Under the pieces are notes generated by a model. The model did not search any database and was not told where the DNA came from. It saw nothing but the letters and a program-made list of their open reading frames with translations. The position numbers and the translations under genes were made by a program. DNA of 64,000 nt from a virus: the IMG/VR virus record IMGVR_UViG_3300045988_175656. One strand, given 5' to 3'. Every line of letters starts with the position of its first letter. Position 1 is the stretch's first letter. Shown here in pieces: positions 1-9,081 of this stretch.

Positions 1-135
1 CTACTTGAAGTGGATGAAGTTTATAACAATATTCATACAACTAAAGATTGCGATTTAATTAACATTGCTTTTGATGAATTAGCAATTAGTTTAAAGAAAA
101 GAGCTGAAAAATTGAAGTCTAATAAAACAAAATGA
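1..135 (+). CDS. hypothetical protein, 3' fragment (5' end outside window)
   Basis: Frame open from base 1 to TGA 133-135; the stop overlaps the next start (ATGA). Confidence 0.5.
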   Translation, partial: LLEVDEVYNNIHTTKDCDLINIAFDELAISLKKRAEKLKSNKTK

Positions 136-611
136 TTATGGAGTTAAATGTAGTTGCCTATCCAGAAATTTTATTAACGAAGCATTTAAATGATGTATAT
201 TCTACACATGATTTTCCCGAATTTAAAATGTTGAATAATATGGAAACAGAAAAACAAAAAGCATATGTAATTATGGAGCATTATGGCTCTTATGATGATA
301 GTTATCAACTTGTCTATGGTGTTACTTTAGATAAAGTAAAAGCTGAAATACTTAAAACAGAAAGTATTGAAAGTCATAAGAAAAAATCTGAATCAGAACT
401 TCCTATGACATGGGAAAAATTTGGAGAATTAGAAGAAATTTATTGTGAAAAATTGGAAGAGTTCAATAATGATGAAGATGCTCTGTTCGCTTCTGGATGG
501 TGTTTTGATGATTATACAATGGAAGAGTTTTACATGATGGAAGATTTATATGATGATTATTTTCATGATGAATATGTAATGACTCATATTATTGAAACTG
601 ATTTGTTTTAA
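132..611 (+). CDS. hypothetical acidic protein
   Basis: 159-aa ATG ORF, D/E/Y-rich; no recognisable motif. Confidence 0.7.
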   Translation: MIMELNVVAYPEILLTKHLNDVYSTHDFPEFKMLNNMETEKQKAYVIMEHYGSYDDSYQLVYGVTLDKVKAEILKTESIESHKKKSESELPMTWEKFGELEEIYCEKLEEFNNDEDALFASGWCFDDYTMEEFYMMEDLYDDYFHDEYVMTHIIETDLF

Positions 612-689
612 ATGTAATGTTTAGCATTTAAAATTTGTTAAAAAGTGCGTTTTTATTTATTAACATTTGCGTTTTGCTTAAATAAGTCG

Positions 690-697
690 TATATTTG
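690..697 (+). promoter_or_regulatory. Bacteroidota-type -7 box TATATTTG
   Basis: Exact TAnnTTTG 11 nt before ATG 708. Confidence 0.5.
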
Positions 698-707
698 CAA
701 TACAAAA

Positions 708-941
708 ATGTTAATAACTATGAACAATTATAGAAGATTTAAGTTTGTTAAAGAGCTAAAAAAGAGTGAAACAGAAAAAATTCCAGTAGGCTCAGAAATT
801 ACAGTATTAAACGATACCATATATTTTAATGGTGGAATGATTACACCTGCAAATTATAATTACTTTAATAAATTACTTGCTAATGAGATAGCTTATCCAT
901 ATTATTTGCAAGAAGTTATTATACCTGTTGACAAGGTTTAA
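708..941 (+). CDS. hypothetical protein
   Basis: The ORF-track start at 645 is GTG and lies upstream of a TATATTTG -7 box (690-697). The first ATG after the box is 708 (alternative 720). Confidence 0.6.
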   Translation: MLITMNNYRRFKFVKELKKSETEKIPVGSEITVLNDTIYFNGGMITPANYNYFNKLLANEIAYPYYLQEVIIPVDKV

Positions 942-971
942 AGAATAATTTAAATAATTTGGATATGATAG

Positions 972-1484
972 GTGGGATTAAGAGATACTGTACAGAGAAT
1001 GTACTTACAAGGACTTGAAGATGAAAGTCTTGTGATGGAAGTAACCAAAAGAAAATTTGGGGGAAATGTAAGAAAGTCTACAAGAAATGAAGATATGAAG
1101 GAACATATTGATTTTTGGTGGATTTCTGATAATGGTAATGAATACGGTTTTGATGTTAAAGGTGTTAAGAAAAATAAACGTACTGATAAAGTTGGTGATG
1201 ATAAAATAAATTGGATTGAATTAATAAATGTTCAAGGAAATCCAGGATGGGTTTATGGAAATGCCAAATATATAGCATTCTTAACAAATGAATCTGTATT
1301 ATATGTACCAAGAAAAAAATTGGCTTCTTATATTGAAGAAAAAATAAAAGGAAAGTCACTTTCAACAGTTAATCCATCTTCTTGTTACATACCATATCAA
1401 AGATATGGAAGAATGGATATGATTGTAAAGGTTCCAACAAGCGATTTGAAAGAAATTGCTAAACATGAAATAATGTTAGAATAA
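972..1484 (+). CDS. hypothetical protein, possible PD-(D/E)XK nuclease fold
   Basis: The track start is GTG 972; the first ATG is 999. IDFWW...FDVKGVKK resembles a D...(D/E)xK core. The functional call is weak. Confidence 0.55.
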   Translation: MGLRDTVQRMYLQGLEDESLVMEVTKRKFGGNVRKSTRNEDMKEHIDFWWISDNGNEYGFDVKGVKKNKRTDKVGDDKINWIELINVQGNPGWVYGNAKYIAFLTNESVLYVPRKKLASYIEEKIKGKSLSTVNPSSCYIPYQRYGRMDMIVKVPTSDLKEIAKHEIMLE

Positions 1485-1494
1485 AATAAATATT

Positions 1495-1626
1495 ATGAGA
1501 CTAACTGTAACAAATAGAAAATCTATTTCTGATGATTTATCAATTTATGATTGTTTAGCCAAAAAGGGTGATTTTATTGAAGTTACTGAATGGGCTAATG
1601 GTGAAGGGTATAATATATCAAGATAA
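1495..1626 (+). CDS. small hypothetical protein (43 aa)
   Basis: ATG ORF MRLTVTNRK...GYNISR fills the 1485-1632 gap. It is below the 60-aa track cutoff. Confidence 0.35.
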   Translation: MRLTVTNRKSISDDLSIYDCLAKKGDFIEVTEWANGEGYNISR

Positions 1627-1632
1627 AAAATT

Positions 1633-1992
1633 ATGAAAACAGTTGAAGAATATGAATATTTTCTTTCTTATTTGCGTTATAGATTTCCAGCTATGTCTAT
1701 ATGTGAAGAAGAGTATGAAAAAATTATTCATACATTAAGATTAATAGCTCTTTATTGCCCTGATAATAATAGATTGATTTTTCATTATAACCATATAATA
1801 GATTTTAATTGTATAAAAGGAATATTTTTTAGACCTAAAACAATAAAGTCTATTCCAGAATTCTATGAAATATCATATGTGGATGAATTTTTTAACGTAA
1901 AACCAATACCATTTAATCTTAGTTTCGTTGAACAATTATATGAAATAGTACAAAAAGAAGTAAAAAATAATACTGATGAAATTAATAAATAA
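1633..1992 (+). CDS. hypothetical protein
   Basis: 119-aa ATG ORF in a co-directional tight array. Confidence 0.7.
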   Translation: MKTVEEYEYFLSYLRYRFPAMSICEEEYEKIIHTLRLIALYCPDNNRLIFHYNHIIDFNCIKGIFFRPKTIKSIPEFYEISYVDEFFNVKPIPFNLSFVEQLYEIVQKEVKNNTDEINK

Positions 1993-2251
1993 AGGTGAAA
2001 TATTATCTGATGGTGTAGATGATATATATGATATTATCTTTAGAGAATATACACATAAAGGGTTTTGTGATGTTGATTTTGAAGGTGTTAAATTTATCAC
2101 AACTAAATTTGCAGGTAAATTGTTTGGCAGGTTATATGATAATTTAGGGAAAGAAGAATTTTATAAAAACATTCACATAATTAATATGTCTAATGATGTA
2201 AAAATTAGTTATGAAGTTGGTTTAATTAGATATATAAAATATTTTATATAA
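1976..2251 (+). CDS. hypothetical protein
   Basis: 91-aa ATG ORF; 17-nt overlap with the upstream gene. Confidence 0.65.
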   Translation: MKLINKGEILSDGVDDIYDIIFREYTHKGFCDVDFEGVKFITTKFAGKLFGRLYDNLGKEEFYKNIHIINMSNDVKISYEVGLIRYIKYFI

Positions 2252-2254
2252 AGT

Positions 2255-2464
2255 ATGGGAAAATTAAAAGATTTAGCTGAAAAATGTTGTACACAGGAAA
2301 CTTTTGTAATTGAAAATCCTGGACCTAAACTTCTCGCATTTATTAACGATATGCGAGAACGTAAGAATAAAATGATAGAAGAGTCTAAAAGAGAATATAT
2401 TAGACATGCGTTTCTATCTGATGATAATATGCATAATACTTTTTATATGTATTACATATATTAA
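2255..2464 (+). CDS. hypothetical protein (possibly the N-terminal part of a split gene)
   Basis: 69-aa ATG ORF. A T5 run lies at 2440-2444, just before its stop. See the 2437-2763 ORF. Confidence 0.55.
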   Translation: MGKLKDLAEKCCTQETFVIENPGPKLLAFINDMRERKNKMIEESKREYIRHAFLSDDNMHNTFYMYYIY

Positions 2465-2763
2465 CTGAAAACTACCCTGATGATGAAACAGATGAAAAAC
2501 TTGAAAATGCTCTTGAATCTTTTGGTTATGAAGGTGATGTCATTTTTCTTAAAAATGATGAAGATGAATATCAAGTATTTGGAGTCTTTAACAATGGAAC
2601 TAATGGAAAAGAGGGTTGCATATTAAATTCCATGAAAGACGTTACTAATAGATTAGAAAAATTAAAATCTAATGAAAATGTGAAATGGTGTCAAATATTA
2701 GATACTACTATTGATAATATGGATGATGTTTATGCTTGGTATTTAACATTTACTTTAAAATGA
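2437..2763 (+). CDS. start-less ORF, -1 frame relative to 2255-2464 (frameshifted continuation or pseudogene)
   Basis: 108 sense codons that look protein-like (ENYPDDETDEKLENALESFGYEGD...). There is no ATG/GTG/TTG before 2632. It overlaps the end of the upstream ORF. Confidence 0.3.
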   Translation, partial: YFLYVLHILTENYPDDETDEKLENALESFGYEGDVIFLKNDEDEYQVFGVFNNGTNGKEGCILNSMKDVTNRLEKLKSNENVKWCQILDTTIDNMDDVYAWYLTFTLK

Positions 2764-2772
2764 TATTAGATA

Positions 2773-3423
2773 ATGGAAAATAAACTAAATATTCCAAAAA
2801 TATGGTTTACATCGGATTGCCACATATCACATAAAAACGTGATTAAGCATTGTCCAGGAAGAGCACTTGCTGGAAATTTCAATATAAATGATATTGAAGC
2901 CCATGATAATTGGCTTATTGACAAATGGAATACAACTATTAGCAAAAAAGACATTGTTTATATTATTGGCGATTTTTGTTTTGCAAATAGAGAGGAAACC
3001 ATAAAATTGTTAGGAAAATTAAATGGCGACAAGCATTTGATTTTGGGAAATCATGATAAATCATCAGACCATTTATTTAATTATTTCAAATCAATTTCTC
3101 AAATCAAAGAAGTTAAATTTAGAAAAGATAACTTTCCTTTTTTAAAAGAAGATTTTGATGTAATTATGTGTCATTATCATATGATTAACTGGAATAGAAA
3201 ACATTATGGTTCAGTTGAGGTATGTGGGCACTCTCATGGTAGGTTAGATGATTATAATTTAGAATCTCCTGACCTTAGAGTTGATGTGGGCATTGATGGT
3301 AAATTAGCTAATTATGAGTTTATTTCATTAGAAAAACTATATAAGTTTTTCAAAGAAAAGGCTGAAGGTAAATTATTTGCTGATTATGCAAGAGAAAAGA
3401 AAGATGAAAACATGTTAATATGA
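2773..3423 (+). CDS. calcineurin-like metallophosphoesterase
   Basis: Ordered motifs SDCHISH (DxH), IGDF (GD), LGNHD (GNHD), CHYH and GHSHG (GHxH). Confidence 0.85.
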   Translation: MENKLNIPKIWFTSDCHISHKNVIKHCPGRALAGNFNINDIEAHDNWLIDKWNTTISKKDIVYIIGDFCFANREETIKLLGKLNGDKHLILGNHDKSSDHLFNYFKSISQIKEVKFRKDNFPFLKEDFDVIMCHYHMINWNRKHYGSVEVCGHSHGRLDDYNLESPDLRVDVGIDGKLANYEFISLEKLYKFFKEKAEGKLFADYAREKKDENMLI

Positions 3424-3899
3424 AAGTTATTTTTTTAGACTTTGATGGAGTTATTACAACAATGAAAAGCCATTGGAATCTTTGTAAAGAGAAAATGGAA
3501 TTGGTTAAAGAAATTGTAGATAAAACAGGTGCTAAAATCGTCATATCTTCTTCATGGAGACATTCAACATTAGAAAGCACTTTGGATTATATCACTACAT
3601 TAGGAAATGCTTTTGTACATAATGTGACATTTCTCATGCCTGAAGATGTTGTAGGTGTAACTGATAGAATTTATTACCATAAATGTAGTGATAAAGAAAA
3701 GCATGAATATCATGTTTGTCGTGGTGTTGAAATTGAACATTATTTGTATGAACATCCTGAAATTAAAAATTATGTAATTCTTGATGATGATTCTGATATG
3801 TTACTTTCACAAAGAAAACATTTTGTTAAAACAGATACATTAAGAGGTATATCAAAGAAAAATGTTGAAACAGCTATTAAAATTTTAAATTCAAAATGA
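3420..3899 (+). CDS. HAD-superfamily phosphatase-like protein (phage RNA-repair-associated type)
   Basis: N-terminal FLDFDGVI (DxDG), SSSWR and ILDDDSD motifs. ATGA overlap with the phosphoesterase gene. Confidence 0.7.
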   Translation: MKVIFLDFDGVITTMKSHWNLCKEKMELVKEIVDKTGAKIVISSSWRHSTLESTLDYITTLGNAFVHNVTFLMPEDVVGVTDRIYYHKCSDKEKHEYHVCRGVEIEHYLYEHPEIKNYVILDDDSDMLLSQRKHFVKTDTLRGISKKNVETAIKILNSK

Positions 3900-4543
3900 T
3901 AAAATTAGAAAACATTATTAAAAATGGTTTACCTTGGATTAAGGTAACTGATTCGCTTCCAGAAGAAGGTGCTCGTGTGTTGGTTCATCTATTCTATTAT
4001 TACAAATATGCTGACAGAGAAGCTGAAACACGTTCACTCATAGATATTCTTACTTATAAAAATGGTACATGGACAAACGACCAAGATGAAGTGTATCTTG
4101 GACAAAAAGTATCAAAAGATGATATTTTAATCACCCATTGGTTGCCACTTTTGAAGCCAAAGACTAATGATGAAGTAGAAATAGAAGAAGCTGATGATGT
4201 GGAAAAACTAATGAGAGTTTTCTCTATTGAAAATGTTGAACGTAATATAAGAACCCATACTAGGGGTGGGATATATATCACATTTAATAGTAGTGATAAC
4301 ATTAAAAAAAATGATTTATTTGAAATAAAACTTTATGATAAGTATTATTATTTTGAAGCTGAATCAATCAAAGTCATTGGGAAATTGTTAGAAGTACAAG
4401 CTACTGAAACTGGATATTGGGCAAATAAGCTATCAAATTTAAAACAAGATATTGACTTGCGAGATGTTATTGATGTTGAAGTTTTCCCAATAAAAGATGA
4501 AAGAAAAATAGCGCAAATTAGAGATGCTGCATGTTGGTGTTAA
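3896..4543 (+). CDS. hypothetical protein, DUF551-like N-terminus
   Basis: WIKVTDSLPEEG...ITHWLPLLKPK resembles phage DUF551. ATGA overlap with the upstream gene. Confidence 0.65.
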   Translation: MIKLENIIKNGLPWIKVTDSLPEEGARVLVHLFYYYKYADREAETRSLIDILTYKNGTWTNDQDEVYLGQKVSKDDILITHWLPLLKPKTNDEVEIEEADDVEKLMRVFSIENVERNIRTHTRGGIYITFNSSDNIKKNDLFEIKLYDKYYYFEAESIKVIGKLLEVQATETGYWANKLSNLKQDIDLRDVIDVEVFPIKDERKIAQIRDAACWC

Positions 4544-4571
4544 ATAAATTTTAATAAAAATATATAATAAA

Positions 4572-5186
4572 ATGAGTAGATTTAAAATTGGCGATAAAGT
4601 AGCCATCAATCAAGACACAATAGATATTAGAGGAACAATCAAGGCAATTGTTCCTGGTTCATATAATGATGAAACTGGAGAGTATGTGAAAGATACTTAT
4701 TTGGTTGAAGATAAAGCGACTGAACAAACAGTTGAATGTACTAAAGACCAATTGGTATTAATTAATCGCCCTTCTCCAAAAACCGAGCTTGAAAATAAGA
4801 ACAAGAGTAAAAATGAAACAATGTTTTATACAAAATATAACAATATTGTAGTTGTTGGTATAAGAACAGAAGAAAAGGAAATTGCATCTAAGGAAATGAA
4901 AACATCAGTAAAATTTAAAGGAAGAACAATTCCTGGTATTTTTACTGCAAAATATACGAAACCATTAAGACGTTTTGTTATTGGTTATTCAATTTGCCAT
5001 TCTGATGACGAATTTGATATGAATATAGGTGTGGAAGTTGCTAAAGAAAGAGCATTGCATAAACCAGCTGGTGAATTAAGAAGTAATAATTGGACTATGT
5101 TACAAGATGACCAATGTGAAATGCTTGTTAAGTGTGAAGCCGAATATATTTTTAATAATATTAAAAAATATATTAATAGAAAATAA
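4572..5186 (+). CDS. hypothetical protein
   Basis: 204-aa ATG ORF; no clear motif. Confidence 0.7.
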   Translation: MSRFKIGDKVAINQDTIDIRGTIKAIVPGSYNDETGEYVKDTYLVEDKATEQTVECTKDQLVLINRPSPKTELENKNKSKNETMFYTKYNNIVVVGIRTEEKEIASKEMKTSVKFKGRTIPGIFTAKYTKPLRRFVIGYSICHSDDEFDMNIGVEVAKERALHKPAGELRSNNWTMLQDDQCEMLVKCEAEYIFNNIKKYINRK

Positions 5187-5197
5187 AATATAATAAA

Positions 5198-5239
5198 TTG
5201 TTATTTTTTCATTTAGTTTACTAATAATTAGTAAACTAA
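5198..5239 (+). promoter_or_regulatory. MASTF leader element 1 (TTG-TATTTTTT box + 27-bp palindrome)
   Basis: TTGTTATTTTTT at 5198-5209; palindrome TTAGTTTACTAATAATTAGTAAACTAA at 5213-5239; ATG at 5247. Confidence 0.7.
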
Positions 5240-5246
5240 TGAGAAA

Positions 5247-6170
5247 ATGGCTAGTACATTTACAATTAAACAAGAAGGATATGATGACCCATACACATAT
5301 AGACTTGGTATGGTTGGTAATGGAGTAAGATTATGTATTGCTCCTAAAAAGGAAGGTGGAAGTCAATTATTCAGAAAAGAAGATGAAAATATATGGACTT
5401 CCATTTCATATGATAATAATGGAAAATATATTGCTTGTGGTAGAACACCAAGTGGTACAGGGTGTATAAGTATTTCATCTGATAAATGTGAAACGTGGTC
5501 AGAGACAAAAATTTTAGGTGATATATGGGCTGGAGTTGCATGTGGAAATGGTAAATATGTTGTTGTTGGCAGAAACGGATATGTTGGCATGTCAACAGAT
5601 GGTGAAAATTGGGACATATCTCAAATTGATAATGATTTAAGTTGTTCAAGTATTGCTTATGGTAATAATATGTTTATTATTGTTGGTAATACCATATCAA
5701 CTCCAACTGCTCCTAAATCTTATGTATTAAAAAATGGTAGTGATGAATGGGTTGAACTTAAATATAGTTCAACAAGTTTTACTATTGAATCAATTACTTA
5801 TAGTGATTATTCAAACAGATTTGTTAGTGTTGGAAGTAGTTTAGCACTATCAACAAGAGATGCTGATTATTGGGATATTGAAAGAGTTGCAGATGGTGCT
5901 GATTTATATGCAGTTGCATATGTAAATAGAGAAATTGCAGTAGGTAATCATGAAGAAATTTATTATAATGGTGCAAATGGATGGAAATTAGTTCCATATG
6001 ATTCACCTGGTAATATTATATGGCTAAGTGTTGCTTATATTCCTGGAATGAAAGCTCATATAGCTGTTGGTACTTCAGGGTATTCAGTTGCATTTACAGA
6101 TAGTAATAATAGAACTGCAAAAACAAGGTTTTGGACTAAAGATTTATTATGTGTTATTAATGTTGTTTAA
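5247..6170 (+). CDS. MASTF-family protein 1, Asp-box/BNR-like beta-propeller repeats
   Basis: Starts MASTFTIKQEG, 7 nt after the family palindrome. Repeats SSDKCETW, STDGENW and TRDADYW, each followed by a GN..Y/F..VG strand. Confidence 0.8.
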   Translation: MASTFTIKQEGYDDPYTYRLGMVGNGVRLCIAPKKEGGSQLFRKEDENIWTSISYDNNGKYIACGRTPSGTGCISISSDKCETWSETKILGDIWAGVACGNGKYVVVGRNGYVGMSTDGENWDISQIDNDLSCSSIAYGNNMFIIVGNTISTPTAPKSYVLKNGSDEWVELKYSSTSFTIESITYSDYSNRFVSVGSSLALSTRDADYWDIERVADGADLYAVAYVNREIAVGNHEEIYYNGANGWKLVPYDSPGNIIWLSVAYIPGMKAHIAVGTSGYSVAFTDSNNRTAKTRFWTKDLLCVINVV

Positions 6171-6175
6171 TTTAA

Positions 6176-6202
6176 AGCCCTATAATTATAGGGCTTTTTT
6201 TA
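6176..6202. terminator. intrinsic terminator between convergent genes
   Basis: AGCCCTATAATTATAGGGCT hairpin followed by a T7 run. Confidence 0.7.
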
Positions 6203-6661
6203 TTATCCTGATACATCATAAGTAAAACCATTATTTGAACTATCAATTATGACTTTAGTTTCATCATTCGATTTTAATTTAATTTCAAATACTTTTGCTG
6301 CTCCACTTGGTTTAGGGTCAATACATGAAATTACTCCATTTGGAAAATTTTCTGAACTACTATCATCCAAATAACAATATTCTGGGTTGTTGGTATTAGG
6401 ATTTATATATAACATATAAGAATCATCACCTGTGTTCTTATAATAATACTTTAATAAATTAAAATTATCCAATATTTCAATATCAACATATTGAAACCAG
6501 TTAAATGTAGGTGAATTACCACTATTTGTTTTTGCCTTTATTGGCAATTCATATATTCCACATTCCCACCATGAAGCATTTAGATATGATGATGATGAAT
6601 CAATATATGCAGTAACTAATTCTTCTTTTCCTTGTTGTATAATTGTAAAAGTGCTAGCCAT
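6203..6661 (-). CDS. MASTF-family protein 2
   Basis: Starts MASTFTIIQQG; palindrome at 6668-6694; ends ..GFTYDVSG. Confidence 0.8.
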   Translation of the reverse strand: MASTFTIIQQGKEELVTAYIDSSSSYLNASWWECGIYELPIKAKTNSGNSPTFNWFQYVDIEILDNFNLLKYYYKNTGDDSYMLYINPNTNNPEYCYLDDSSSENFPNGVISCIDPKPSGAAKVFEIKLKSNDETKVIIDSSNNGFTYDVSG

Positions 6662-6667
6662 GTTTTG

Positions 6668-6709
6668 TTAGTTTACTAATTATTAGTAAACTATTTAAAA
6701 AAATAACAA
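6668..6709 (-). promoter_or_regulatory. MASTF leader element 2
   Basis: The reverse complement reads TTGTTATTTTTTT-aa-ATAGTTTACTAATAATTAGTAAACTAA; ATG at 6661. Confidence 0.7.
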
Positions 6710-6749
6710 TTTTTAATATTTTTTATTCATACATTTCAATAAAAAGTTG

Positions 6750-6757
6750 TATATTTG
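6750..6757 (+). promoter_or_regulatory. Bacteroidota-type -7 box TATATTTG
   Basis: Exact TAnnTTTG 84 nt before ATG 6841; no clear -33. Confidence 0.4.
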
Positions 6758-6840
6758 CAGTGTAATCATAATTTTTGCATATAATCACATGTTATGATAA
6801 TATGCATTATATATGATTATTAATTGATAATTAATGACTT

Positions 6841-7458
6841 ATGACAAAAAAACAAGATACTGAATATAAATATTGGTGTAAATTCCAAGAAGAAAATTGT
6901 AACTACTGTTGGGGAAGTGTATTTAATTCTATTCCACAAGAGTTTAAAAACAAATACAATGCAGTATGTTATATTGAGGATATTGATAAAGCAGTTGGAG
7001 TTGGGGTATTTTTAAGAACTTTAGGTTATAAAATACAAAATATGCATCATCCTAGAATATTTTATGATGTGTGTTCTTTGAATCATACATTGTATGTTGA
7101 TGAATTTGGTATATCTTATAATGGGGCAGACAGAGAAAACCCATTAGAATTTATTACTAAATGGGTTTCTGATAGAAACAAAGAACGTGCTGAAGGAAAA
7201 GAATTTCATTATCAAAATGAATTTATTGATTGTGGTGATAATGTGGATTTGTTGAAAGTAGTGGCGAGTTTAACAGATACTAATGATTTAAATCAACCAT
7301 TCATTAGAACATTGCCAAATGGAGAAGAAGATTGGTATATAAACACACAATGGAAACATTTTGAAACTGACTGTAATGTTGAATGGGCAAAAAAAGCTTG
7401 TAGAAAAGCAACATTAGATGAAATAATAAATCATTTTAAAAATAATGGAAAATATTAA
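6841..7458 (+). CDS. hypothetical protein
   Basis: 205-aa ATG ORF downstream of a TATATTTG box at 6750-6757. Confidence 0.7.
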   Translation: MTKKQDTEYKYWCKFQEENCNYCWGSVFNSIPQEFKNKYNAVCYIEDIDKAVGVGVFLRTLGYKIQNMHHPRIFYDVCSLNHTLYVDEFGISYNGADRENPLEFITKWVSDRNKERAEGKEFHYQNEFIDCGDNVDLLKVVASLTDTNDLNQPFIRTLPNGEEDWYINTQWKHFETDCNVEWAKKACRKATLDEIINHFKNNGKY

Positions 7459-7720
7459 AATAGAGGATAGGGAAGTTTATTTGGTATTGAGACCAAATGA
7501 TTTGATAGAAAAATTATCTATCAACCAATGGAATGATTTTATTACAAGGTATGAAAATGATAAACTTTCATTAGTTACCCCATATGATGAAAAATATGAC
7601 GGATGGTTTTTTGTTACAACAACATTAAAAAACATAATTGAAAATCATTCATTATACGATTTAAGATTTCTTTATGAATATAGAACTGAACATCATTTAT
7701 CTTTTGAAGATAAAAAATAA
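7445..7720 (+). CDS. hypothetical protein
   Basis: 91-aa ATG ORF; 14-nt overlap with the upstream gene. Confidence 0.65.
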   Translation: MENIKIEDREVYLVLRPNDLIEKLSINQWNDFITRYENDKLSLVTPYDEKYDGWFFVTTTLKNIIENHSLYDLRFLYEYRTEHHLSFEDKK

Positions 7721-7731
7721 ATTAATATAAT

Positions 7732-9033
7732 ATGAAAGAATATACATTTGATGAAATAAGAAAAGAAGGGTTGTTAATATATGAATATATTCGTGGTTCT
7801 CATGCTTATGGTTTACAAAAACCTGATGGTACCAGTGATGTTGATACAGCAGGTGTTTATCTTGAACCAATTGAACAAGTTTTAGGGCTTGGATTGGATT
7901 TTCAAGAACAAATTGAAGATGAAAAACATGATAATGTTTGGTTTTCATTAAGAAAATTCATGGAAATGCTTCTTTCTTCAAATCCAACAGTACTCGAATC
8001 TTTATTCATTCCTGAAGATAAAATTTTGTACGAACACCCTATAATGACAGAAATTAAAAAATATAGAAACGCCTTTGTGACAAAGGCATGTTTTAAACCA
8101 TTTATGGGTTATGCTAAAACACAAATTATAAAAGCTCGTGGTCTCAATAAGAAAATAGTAAATCCAGTCAAAGAACGTTTAGAACCTCTTGATTTTGCTT
8201 ATACTTTTTACAATCAAGGAAGTACTAAGATTAAAAATTGGCTTGAATATAGGGGTTTAAAACAGCAATATTGTGGACTTGTACATATACCTAATATGCA
8301 TGATACATATGGTGTATATTATGATTGGGGTAATCATTTTAATGATAATGGTATAACTGTTGAACAATTATGGAATGACTATGTTAATATGGAGAAAGAT
8401 AATCAATTATCTCATATGTGTGAATGTATTGTTGAAACATACCATATAGTTGGTCATGCTGAACTTGAAAATTGGTTTGAAGAACAAAAGCCAATTGGTT
8501 ATAAAGGTATGGTTGGTGAAGATGGACTTTCAAATGAATTAAGATTATCTTCAGTTTCTAAGGGTGAAATGCCAATATGTCATTTGACTTATAACAAAGA
8601 TGGCTATACTAAACATTGTAAGGATTATAAAGCTTATAAGGATTGGGAGAAGAATAGAAATCCTGAAAGATATAAAGAAAACAAGGAAAAGGATTTTGAC
8701 AGAAAAAATATGTCACATAGTGTAAGATTAATGCATATGGGACTTGAAATAGCAAAAACTGGACAAGTTAATGTTGATAGAACAAATATTGACAGAGATT
8801 TCATTCTTGATATTCGTCTTGGCAATTCAACTTATGATGAATTGATTAATTATCTTGATTCAAAAAAGGAAGAAATGGAAAATGCGATGGCAAAATCTAC
8901 TCTACCAGAAAATATTGATGTTGAATTTGTAAATAATCTTTTATTGAAAGTTAGAAAAAAACAATATAAATATTTCATATGGAATAGATTAAAAGCTAAA
9001 TATTTCATATGGAATAGAACAAAAACTATATAA
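7732..9033 (+). CDS. RlaP-like (pol-beta superfamily) nucleotidyltransferase
   Basis: N-terminal RGSHAYGLQKPDGTSDVDTAGVY matches the GS-x(n)-DxD NTase motif typical of the RNA-repair-associated RlaP family. Confidence 0.7.
   Translation: MKEYTFDEIRKEGLLIYEYIRGSHAYGLQKPDGTSDVDTAGVYLEPIEQVLGLGLDFQEQIEDEKHDNVWFSLRKFMEMLLSSNPTVLESLFIPEDKILYEHPIMTEIKKYRNAFVTKACFKPFMGYAKTQIIKARGLNKKIVNPVKERLEPLDFAYTFYNQGSTKIKNWLEYRGLKQQYCGLVHIPNMHDTYGVYYDWGNHFNDNGITVEQLWNDYVNMEKDNQLSHMCECIVETYHIVGHAELENWFEEQKPIGYKGMVGEDGLSNELRLSSVSKGEMPICHLTYNKDGYTKHCKDYKAYKDWEKNRNPERYKENKEKDFDRKNMSHSVRLMHMGLEIAKTGQVNVDRTNIDRDFILDIRLGNSTYDELINYLDSKKEEMENAMAKSTLPENIDVEFVNNLLLKVRKKQYKYFIWNRLKAKYFIWNRTKTI
8968..9018 (+). repeat. 21-nt direct repeat x2 (30-nt period) at the 3' end of the NTase gene
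   Basis: AAATATTTCATATGGAATAGA at 8968-8988 and 8998-9018; encodes KYFIWNR twice. Confidence 0.85.
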
Positions 9034-9038
9034 ATAAA

Positions 9039-9066
9039 ATGGGGAAGTAAGCCAATACTTCCCCAT
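9039..9066. terminator. hairpin terminator between convergent genes
   Basis: ATGGGGAAGTA-agccaa-TACTTCCCCAT; the downstream T tract is modest. Confidence 0.55.
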
Positions 9067-9081
9067 TCTTAATTTATTATT

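Noticed and set aside
5363-6006. Minus-strand ORFs 5363-5617, 5371-5649 and 5824-6006 inside MASTF gene 1
   Set aside because: They are nested antisense ORFs with H/Y/L/F-rich low-complexity products typical of AT-rich antisense frames. The plus-strand ORF has repeats and family features.
5213-6694. Inverted palindromes flanking 5247-6661 as a site-specific invertible switch (shufflon-like)
   Set aside because: No recombinase or invertase is visible in the window. Inversion between the two leaders would regenerate the same pair of leader-gene fusions, so it would not switch expression. The idea is kept only as a low-interest recombination hypothesis.
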